This document shows, piece after piece, positions 30,541-38,301 of a DNA stretch of 64,000 nucleotides. The notes below the pieces were generated by a model, which saw only the letters and a program-made list of their open reading frames with translations, was not told the origin of the DNA and did not search any database. The DNA is from a bacterium (GTDB taxonomy: Bacteria > Electryoneota > Electryoneia > Electryoneales > Electryoneaceae). The translations under genes were made by a program, and so were the position numbers. Every line of letters begins with the position of its first letter. Position 1 is the stretch's first letter. Location: NCBI GenBank assembly GCA_963669175.1, contig OY769902.1, positions 2,304,001 to 2,368,000 of the forward strand. Direction: 5' to 3'.

Positions 30541-32169
30541 TTATTTGATCACCGCCTCCGGTTGATTCGGAACGGTGATCCGGAAGGTGGTGCCATGACC
30601 AACTTCACTATGTACAACGATAGTACCATGATGGTGTTCCACAATCCGACGTGCGATCGAGAGACCAAGCCCGGTACCATGACGTTTTTCAAATGTCGCG
30701 AACGGTTCAAATATTGTCAGCAGACGATCAACCGGGATACCAACTCCGGTATCAATCACTTCCAACGCCCAGCCGTTGAGCGCTTTCTGCGGCAGGAAGG
30801 TCAGCGTGCCGCCTTCCGGCATGGCATCAATAGCATTGCCGGCCAAGTTGTAAAGCACCCGGTAAAACTTCTCCTTGTCCAGCAGAATCGGATCAACCAT
30901 GATGTCGGTCTTGATATCAACCGTGATATTCCTGTCATCCAGTTCAGCGCGAAACTCTTCAATCACATTGTAGATCAATTCATTCAGGTCCGTCTCCGCG
31001 AATACCAGCCTCATCTCACCACGTGAGAATTCGAGTACTTCGCGTGACATCCCAACCAGCCGCTGGATCTGGTCCTGAATAGTACCGAGGTACTTCTCTG
31101 CTTTGACATCGGGATACAGCTTCCTGAGCAACTGGGTGTAACCATCAATGATGGTCATGGTGTTCTTGATGTCGTGAATGATCCCTGCCGCAAAGCGTCC
31201 CACAGCAGCCATTGCTTCTGAGCGCACCATTTTCTCCGCCACCTGGGCGCGTTCAATGGCAATAGATGCATGGGTAGAAAGGGCGGAGAGGAATTGTTCA
31301 TCCACATCGGTAAACGGTCCGGCATGTTTATTCATCAACTGCAGTACACCGATGATGGTCTGTTCATTTGTGATCATCGGCATGGTCAGCAGGTTGCGTG
31401 TACGTTGATGAGTCTGTTTATCGATCTCCGGGTTAAAACGCTCATCCTCGTAAGGATCTGAGATGTTCACATTCTGCCCGGTCTGGGCCACATACCCGGC
31501 GATTCCCTTTCCGATGGGGAGTCGGATTTCTTCAATCCGGGTGCCACGCAGGACACGGCTGTACAGTTCATTTCGTTCCGGGTCAACCAGGTAAATGGTG
31601 CCCTTTTCACATTCGCTATGTTTCGTTGCTTCACGAAGGATCAGGGACAACAGTTGATCCAGGTCCAGCGTGGAATTGAGCACATGGCTGATCTGGCTGA
31701 TGGCTTTCAGACGGTCAATGAACTTCTCTGCGTCCATTTTCGCACGCGCCAACTCATGAATCAGGTCCGAGTTGTTCGACTGCAATTCGCTGATCGCAAA
31801 GCGTGCGAGGTTCATTACAAACTGCGGCTCCTTCATGGACAGTTCATCGAACTCATCTTTTGGAAGGAGTCTGCCGGTGACATCCGTATCCGCTGTTACC
31901 TCGGCGTAATGTTTGCGCCGATCCAGCAGCGACATTTCACCAAGGTAGGTTCCGGCGCCACGCCGCAGACCGCCACGCACATCCGGATGACTTTGCACAA
32001 AAATCGGGTGTATCGACACGCTGCCTTCATCAATGAAATAAAGGCCTTCAGGCTGATCTCCGGCTTCAAACAACGTGTCGCCAGCATTGAACTGGAAGGG
32101 TCGCATGGATTCTTCTACCCATTGACGACTTTTTTCACTCACTCCCCTGAAAACAGGATGGAGCTTCAT
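30541..32169 (-). CDS. cNMP-binding/GAF domain sensor histidine kinase
   Basis: N-terminal cNMP domain (GDTLFEAGD, LGEMSLLD), GAF (GKGIAGYVA, DERFN, LMNK), H-box IIHDIKN, NAIDAM, DTGVG, GTGLGL. Confidence 0.92.
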   Translation of the reverse strand: MKLHPVFRGVSEKSRQWVEESMRPFQFNAGDTLFEAGDQPEGLYFIDEGSVSIHPIFVQSHPDVRGGLRRGAGTYLGEMSLLDRRKHYAEVTADTDVTGRLLPKDEFDELSMKEPQFVMNLARFAISELQSNNSDLIHELARAKMDAEKFIDRLKAISQISHVLNSTLDLDQLLSLILREATKHSECEKGTIYLVDPERNELYSRVLRGTRIEEIRLPIGKGIAGYVAQTGQNVNISDPYEDERFNPEIDKQTHQRTRNLLTMPMITNEQTIIGVLQLMNKHAGPFTDVDEQFLSALSTHASIAIERAQVAEKMVRSEAMAAVGRFAAGIIHDIKNTMTIIDGYTQLLRKLYPDVKAEKYLGTIQDQIQRLVGMSREVLEFSRGEMRLVFAETDLNELIYNVIEEFRAELDDRNITVDIKTDIMVDPILLDKEKFYRVLYNLAGNAIDAMPEGGTLTFLPQKALNGWALEVIDTGVGIPVDRLLTIFEPFATFEKRHGTGLGLSIARRIVEHHHGTIVVHSEVGHGTTFRITVPNQPEAVIK

Positions 32170-32437
32170 TTTACTGCCTCCCTTCTATCCACCCGATTGA
32201 TCGTAAAAATATCACCCATTTGAAAGTAGTTTCTTATAAATGTACGTATTATGTTGTAAATCACAAAGCGCTTGTGAAATAGAGCATACAATCTCGACAT
32301 CTAACTGTTCGCTATTTCGAGAGAATTGTCAGGTAGTATGGTTGATGTGATATCCGAAAAAACAATTACCTTGCAAAGTTCTCGATGATTTACCTGTTGT
32401 ATGCCGTCTTCATTTGCACCTTGATACAGGGGAGAAC

Positions 32438-33961
32438 ATGCGAACCAGTGAGTGGATATTTCTTGCTTTGGGGCCTGTACTGGGGGGGCTGGTCTATTTT
32501 CTGATGCCTGTGAATCCCGACCAGCCACTCGTGGCATTTACAGCGGGGGTGGCAGTATGGATGGGCGTGTGGTGGCTCACAGAAGCTGTGCCCTTGCCTG
32601 TGACTTCCCTGCTTCCTCTCGTCTTTTTCCCCCTGTTGGGCGTCATGAAATCTAAAGCGGTGGCTTCTCTGTATATGAATGACACGGTATTCCTTTTCAT
32701 TGGCGGGTTTATTGTCGCATTGGCTATGGAAAAATGGAATCTGCACCGTCGAATAGCAATCCTGGTTGTATTGGCTATCGGTGGTGGGGCGAAGCGGACC
32801 CTTTTCGGTTTCATGTTGGCAACTGCCCTGCTGTCCATGTGGATTTCCAATACTGCTACTGCGATGATGATGATTCCCATCGCTATGGCTGTATTAAAAC
32901 GATATGAAGAACTGGTGGAATCCAGTGAGGCTTCCCTGTTGTCCGTGGGGCTGCTGCTGGGAATTGCCTATTCCGCATCCATCGGGGGCATGGGAACACT
33001 TGTCGGCACACCGCCCAACCTCGCCTTTGCCCAGATTTACCACCAGACTTTTCCAAACGCGCCGGATGTTTCCTTTGCGGAGTGGATGTTTTTTGCTGCG
33101 CCATTGACTGTGCTCATGCTTTTCGCAACGTGGGGTGTATTATCCATGCTGTATATGCGAAAGGTGAAGTATGTCGGCGCCACACGTGCTGTTTTTCAGG
33201 ATGAATTGAAGAAACTGGGAAAAACAGGTTTCGAAGAAAAGGTGGTGCTTATTGTATTTGTAATTCTGGCATTGTTATGGATTACCAGAAAACCGTTGGA
33301 ATTTGGCTCATTGGTCATTCCCGGTTGGTCTTCACTGTTATCGCAACCAAAGTATATTGGTGATGGGACTGTTGCCATGATGATGGCGATCATACTGTTC
33401 CTGATTCCCAGCAAACAGGGTGAAGGAAAAAAAGCGCATATCATGGACTGGGAAACTGTACGTGGTCTGCCTTGGGGGATTGTACTGCTCTTTGGCGGAG
33501 GTTTTGCCCTGGCGGGCGCGATATCGGAAAGTGGCTTGTCATTGTGGATTGGCGAGAGGTTGAATAACCTGTCTGCCTTATCGCCTGTAGCAACTACTGG
33601 AGCTATTTGCACCCTGATGACGTTTCTGACTGAGCTGACGTCAAATACTGCGACGACGCAAATGGCGTTGCCGATTCTTGCGGCCACGGCTGTCGCGATT
33701 GGGCGTAATCCTATTCTGCTGATGGTGCCTGCGACCCTGTCCGCTTCCTGTGCATTCATGATGCCGGTAGCCACTCCGCCCAATGCGATTATCTTCGGAA
33801 CCGGACGGATTCGCGTTGCCCAGATGGCGAAAACAGGTATTATGCTGAACCTGGTTGGGGTGATAATTATTACACTATGGGTTAGTGTTGCGGGAACGAT
33901 GCTGCTCGAAGAAGAACGAAAAGCGCCATCTGTAGCGACGGAAGTCCCTGTTGTACCATAG
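32438..33961 (+). CDS. SLC13/DASS family anion:sodium symporter
   Basis: WWLTEAVP, SMWISNTAT, GTPPN, ELTSNTAT, FMMPVATPPNA. Confidence 0.93.
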   Translation: MRTSEWIFLALGPVLGGLVYFLMPVNPDQPLVAFTAGVAVWMGVWWLTEAVPLPVTSLLPLVFFPLLGVMKSKAVASLYMNDTVFLFIGGFIVALAMEKWNLHRRIAILVVLAIGGGAKRTLFGFMLATALLSMWISNTATAMMMIPIAMAVLKRYEELVESSEASLLSVGLLLGIAYSASIGGMGTLVGTPPNLAFAQIYHQTFPNAPDVSFAEWMFFAAPLTVLMLFATWGVLSMLYMRKVKYVGATRAVFQDELKKLGKTGFEEKVVLIVFVILALLWITRKPLEFGSLVIPGWSSLLSQPKYIGDGTVAMMMAIILFLIPSKQGEGKKAHIMDWETVRGLPWGIVLLFGGGFALAGAISESGLSLWIGERLNNLSALSPVATTGAICTLMTFLTELTSNTATTQMALPILAATAVAIGRNPILLMVPATLSASCAFMMPVATPPNAIIFGTGRIRVAQMAKTGIMLNLVGVIIITLWVSVAGTMLLEEERKAPSVATEVPVVP

Positions 33962-33979
33962 GTTGGAATGGCTTTGCTT

Positions 33980-35164
33980 TTAATACGTTCGCAATGCTGG
34001 AATCGCGTTCAGAAGGTATCCCGGATTGGTCAGGAAGGCACGAATGACGATTCCTATGAACGTACGTTTCTCCATCGGAATCTTCTGAATTCTACGCGCC
34101 AGCTTGTTCAGCTTTTCATCTTTCTGTTCCAGGGATGCATCCCGCATTCTTCGCAGCCTGTCATGCGTCTTACCAAAACTATTCCTTATTGCCGCGGCAT
34201 ATTGCGCATAGTATTCTGTGCTATTCGTATTTGAGTTTATCGCTTTGGCTGCATACTGACCGGCCAGGTAACCGGCTTCCAGAGCTGTGCCAATTCCCGC
34301 ACCTGTCAGTGGCGCGCAATGCCAGGCCGCGTCACCGGCAAGCAGTAAACCTTCCTTATACGGTTCTTTCAGGGGAGGAGCCTGTGGCACACCGCCTGCG
34401 TGTTGTTCCAGAATGTTGGCGTCCGGGAACAATTTACGCAGGAATGTCTCCGCCATTCGCCTGGTCTTGCCGGGGGCATTCCGTGATGCCAGAACACCCA
34501 ACCCGATATTGGCTTTTCGATACCCGAGAGGGAATACCCAGGCGTAACCATAAGGGGCGATCCGGCTTCCCCAGTAGAAATGAGGAGCAAGTTCATCGAT
34601 ATCAACATTATCCGCGATGAAGAACCACGTGTTGGCCAGCTCATCATTTGACAGGGGGCCATGAAGCCCGGCCCAACGTCCCACCTGGGAATCAATCCCA
34701 TCCGCCCCAATGACCAGTTTGGAAGAAACTGTGATTTCTCCACTGTCATCTGTTCGAAGGTGAACGCCGGTGACACGCTCATTTTCCATTGTCAAGCCGG
34801 TCACCACAGTTCCGGTCGCCAGTTCTGCCCCGGCTTCAACAGCTTCGTTGGCCAGGTCATGATCCATACGGTCACGGTGCAGCAGCAGGCCGTATTCCGT
34901 ATCCGATGCCAGTCGAACCGGGGTTCCATCCGGGGCGTGGAGGACAGCCTGTTGCACACGATGGGCGACCCATTCCTCGCGAATTGTCGCGTAGGGTTCG
35001 ATGAACTGCTGACGTGAAGCGCCACCGCAGCGTTGTGGGTAACCGACGACAGGTTTTCGTTCAACGAGAAGAGTTTTTACGCCACACTTTGCCATTTCTC
35101 GTGCGGCAACGCTACCGGCCAAGCCGGCGCCTACGACGATCACATCATAAGAGGAGGCTATCAT
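33980..35164 (-). CDS. Geranylgeranyl reductase family flavoprotein
   Basis: GAGLAG, PQRCGG, GADG, PYGYAWVFP (YxWxFP), AGDAA...PLTGAGI; start overlaps the ferredoxin stop (ATGA). Confidence 0.88.
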   Translation of the reverse strand: MIASSYDVIVVGAGLAGSVAAREMAKCGVKTLLVERKPVVGYPQRCGGASRQQFIEPYATIREEWVAHRVQQAVLHAPDGTPVRLASDTEYGLLLHRDRMDHDLANEAVEAGAELATGTVVTGLTMENERVTGVHLRTDDSGEITVSSKLVIGADGIDSQVGRWAGLHGPLSNDELANTWFFIADNVDIDELAPHFYWGSRIAPYGYAWVFPLGYRKANIGLGVLASRNAPGKTRRMAETFLRKLFPDANILEQHAGGVPQAPPLKEPYKEGLLLAGDAAWHCAPLTGAGIGTALEAGYLAGQYAAKAINSNTNSTEYYAQYAAAIRNSFGKTHDRLRRMRDASLEQKDEKLNKLARRIQKIPMEKRTFIGIVIRAFLTNPGYLLNAIPALRTY

Positions 35165-35352
35165 TTCTCCTCCAGCGTCAATGCGGCCGTAGGACAGGCA
35201 GGAAAGCAGATCTGGCAATGAATACACAGATTCTGGGCTACCTGGAGAATTTCGTTTTCAATCCACAGAGCCATTTCCGGACAGACGGCAACACAACAAC
35301 CGCACTGATCGCACAGGTCGTGGTTAATGTGAAGGTGACGGGTTTGTGACAT
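35161..35352 (-). CDS. 2x[4Fe-4S] ferredoxin
   Basis: CDQCGCCVAVCP and CIHCQICFPACP motifs. Confidence 0.9.
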   Translation of the reverse strand: MSQTRHLHINHDLCDQCGCCVAVCPEMALWIENEILQVAQNLCIHCQICFPACPTAALTLEEK

Positions 35353-35433
35353 GTTTACAACCTTGTTACCACAAGAGGAAAATCCGTTCAACTTGTAAAT
35401 AACTCTCTCGACTTGTCAAGTACGCACTATTTA

Positions 35434-35585
35434 AAACGCTTCGTTGATACTGAAACGCATCGTTGATACTGAAACGCTTCGTTGATACCGAAACGCTTCG
35501 TTGATACTGAAACGCTTCGTTGATACTGAAACGCATCGTTGATACTGAAACGCATCGTTGATACTGAAATGCAGCGTTGCTATTA
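35434..35585. repeat. 19-bp tandem repeat, 7 full copies plus 1 degenerate
   Basis: AAACGC(T/A)TCGTTGATACTG repeated head to tail without spacers. Confidence 0.92.
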
Positions 35586-35658
35586 GCCTGCTTCAGCAGG
35601 CTCTTTTTAGCACCCGGCTGAAGCCGGGTGCTAAAAAGAGCAGGCTTAAGCCTGCTAA
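35583..35658. repeat. REP-like compound palindrome
   Basis: Central CTCTTTTTAGCACCCGGC-TGAA-GCCGGGTGCTAAAAAGAG flanked by AGCCTGCTTCAGCAGGCT and AGCAGGCTTAAGCCTGCT. Confidence 0.75.
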
Positions 35659-35952
35659 ATCGGCATATAATCGTTCTCGAAAGATATGTCTTTTGTTGTC
35701 GAAGTCAGATTAGTATTCAACGGTTTGATGCCAAACTCACACTTCTCTGATACGACATTATTTTCAAAACAGGCTATCGTATTACTGAACTTCAAGACTG
35801 ATTCGGAATAGAGAAGACAATTCCAGCTTGATCTCTTTTTTTAATTGGATTCTGACAATATACGATTCACACAAAACAGGTACAAAACACCCCATTACCC
35901 GTTCAAAGGAACGGGTAATGGGGAATGGGATCGCTTGTATGAGAAACCGCAA

Positions 35953-36456
35953 TCAGGCTTCGATTCCCAGGCGTTTCCGGGTGAAGGGAATCAGGCCGCC
36001 GGCGTCGATAATGCCGAAGAAGAAATCGTTGAACGGCGGGAAGGAGAAGCTTCCTTTAGCACCTTTAATCTCACCCTTTTCAAAATCGATTTCGATCTCA
36101 TCGCCATGTTCAAACGCATCAATGGCTTTCTTGCAGGTAATCAACGGCAGCCCTACGTTGACGCCGTTCCGGAAATAGATTCGTGAGAAGCTGGGCGCTA
36201 TCACCGCACCGACGCCTTTCACTTTCAGGCAGACAGCAGCCTGTTCACGACTTGATCCGCACCCGAAATTCTTTCCCGCGATGATCACATCGTTTTTCTG
36301 CACCTTCCCGGCGAACTCCGGGTCCAGGTCTTCCATGGCGTGCTCACCCATCTCAGCCGGATCGTTCACGGTATAGGTGTACTTGCCCGGAAAGATGACG
36401 TCAGTGTTCACGTCTTCGCCGTACTTCCACACACGGCCTTTTATCTTCTTTTCCAT
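35953..36456 (-). CDS. leuD: 3-isopropylmalate dehydratase/homoaconitase small subunit
   Basis: GEDVNTDVIFPGKY, NFGCGSSREQA, FSRIYFRN..NVGLP, AGGLI. Substrate not resolvable (LeuD vs HacB/LysU). Confidence 0.85.
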   Translation of the reverse strand: MEKKIKGRVWKYGEDVNTDVIFPGKYTYTVNDPAEMGEHAMEDLDPEFAGKVQKNDVIIAGKNFGCGSSREQAAVCLKVKGVGAVIAPSFSRIYFRNGVNVGLPLITCKKAIDAFEHGDEIEIDFEKGEIKGAKGSFSFPPFNDFFFGIIDAGGLIPFTRKRLGIEA

Positions 36457-36493
36457 CGTTGCCTCGCTTTCTCGCTGACGCACATACAGCTTA

Positions 36494-36619
36494 ACAGGAT
36501 GTTAGGATAATAGGATGAAACAGGATAAAAATGCTTTGAGTACATAAATCTGTAATTTGTCAATCTATTAACAAATAAGTCGTTATCCTTATAATCCTTC
36601 TATCCTATCATCCTGTGAG
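36494..36619. repeat. Inverted array of AGGAT/ATCCT short repeats
   Basis: Four AGGAT units facing four ATCCT units, ending ATCCTATCATCCTGTGAG; same design as 58098-58238. Confidence 0.7.
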
Positions 36620-36626
36620 TCAGTTT

Positions 36627-37928
36627 TTACTTTTCTGTTTTTGCGATAATGTCCTGAACCTTTTCCATGTCGATCTCGACTTCTCGCGGATCAGCGATAC
36701 ACCCCTTCAAAGCGCTGACCGCACAAGTATGGGGACTGGCCAGGAAGACTTCCGAGTCACGGTTGCCCATACGTCCTTTGAAGTTACGGTTCGCTGTGGA
36801 CAGCACCTTTTCCCCGGTTGCCGGTACGCCAAGATGATTGCCCATACACGGACCGCAGCCCGGGGTGGCAATGGAGGCGCCTGCTTCCATCAGGTCGGTC
36901 AGGATACCCAACGCACTTGCCTGAATCATGATCCGACGGCTGGCCGGGATGACGATCAGGCGCAGGCTGGGATCGACCTTCTTGCCGCGAAGCACCTCGG
37001 CGGCGATGATCAGGTCATCAATACGGGCGTTGGTGCAGGTGCCGATAAAGACCTGTTCCAACGATTCACCAGCGATATCAGTCACTTTGTGGACATTATC
37101 CACGGTATGCGGACAGGCTACATTCGGCTCGAGGTCGTCAAACTGGATCTCGGTGACCGATTCATACTCGGCATCCATGTCTGAGAAAACCGGTTCGTAA
37201 TTGCTCTTGGCACGGCCTTCCAGGTAATCGTAAACGATTTGATCCGGGGGAACGTAGCCGATCTTGGCGCCCATCTCGACCGCCATGTTGCACAGGGTCA
37301 TACGTTCGGACACGCTCAACAGATGTGCAGCAGGACCGTCAAACTCCATGGCACGATACAACGCGCCATCCGCTTTGATCATGCCCAGAATCTCAAGCGC
37401 CAGGTCCTTGGCATAGACGCCGGCAGGGAAATCACCGTGGAATAGGAAACGCATGGTTTCGGGGACACGGAACCAGATTTTCCCTGTCGCCATGATCACC
37501 GCCGTTTCGCTACGGGTAGCTGCTGTGCCAAACGCGCCAAACGCGCCATAGGTGGTGGTATGCGAGTCACTCCCGGTCATGATGATACCGGGCAGGCAGT
37601 GGCCGTTTTCTGCAAGAATCTGGTGACAGATACCGTTGTTGGTATCGTAGAAATACTGAATGCCCTGCTTCTTGACGAATTCACGGACCGTCTTGTGGTT
37701 CTCGGCGAAAGTAGCGTTGGCCGGTGGTACACAATGATCCAGCACGATCACATGCCGGTCAGGATCATCCACCTTGTCCACACCGATCTTTTCGAAGGTC
37801 TTGCTGATCGCCGCGGTGTTGTCATGGGACATGGATACGTCCGGCGACACCTCAACAATTTCGCCCTCCAGAACCGTCTCCTTCCCTGCATACTTCGCAA
37901 GGACTTTCTGCGCAAAAGTCTGGGGCAT
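36627..37928 (-). CDS. leuC: 3-isopropylmalate dehydratase/homoaconitase large subunit
   Basis: HD, LDH, GICHQ, DSHTTTYGA, IGTCTNAR, CGPCMG, STANRNFKGRMG, LASP; short archaeal/HacA-type length. Confidence 0.88.
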   Translation of the reverse strand: MPQTFAQKVLAKYAGKETVLEGEIVEVSPDVSMSHDNTAAISKTFEKIGVDKVDDPDRHVIVLDHCVPPANATFAENHKTVREFVKKQGIQYFYDTNNGICHQILAENGHCLPGIIMTGSDSHTTTYGAFGAFGTAATRSETAVIMATGKIWFRVPETMRFLFHGDFPAGVYAKDLALEILGMIKADGALYRAMEFDGPAAHLLSVSERMTLCNMAVEMGAKIGYVPPDQIVYDYLEGRAKSNYEPVFSDMDAEYESVTEIQFDDLEPNVACPHTVDNVHKVTDIAGESLEQVFIGTCTNARIDDLIIAAEVLRGKKVDPSLRLIVIPASRRIMIQASALGILTDLMEAGASIATPGCGPCMGNHLGVPATGEKVLSTANRNFKGRMGNRDSEVFLASPHTCAVSALKGCIADPREVEIDMEKVQDIIAKTEK

Positions 37929-38301
37929 ACGTAGCTCCCCTCTGTATGGTTTTTTGTGTATGTACGATCTGAAGTTGTAAATGTACAAAATGAAACGACG
38001 TATGAGTAGAGGGGACTGACGGTTGGGGCAGGGGAGGCTGTGCTGAGTTCCGCGGTCCATGTAATTTTGTCTACCATCGACATCGTGGTAAACAATACAA
38101 CATGGGCTGCAAAAGGTATAGGATCACGGAGTTCTTAATGTAATCTCCTGCTTTCTGTTTTATGGCGAGCATGTCTGAATGGCAAGCGTCTCCCTTAGCT
38201 CTTGAATATGAGAATAATGCTACTATTTCGAGATTTACTTGCTATTTCGAATTTTCACTCATAGTTTATCTTTGCAGACTTCTAATTGATCGGAGGTTAT
38301 C

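Noticed and set aside
35434-35585. CRISPR array
   Set aside because: Head-to-tail 19-mers with no spacers.
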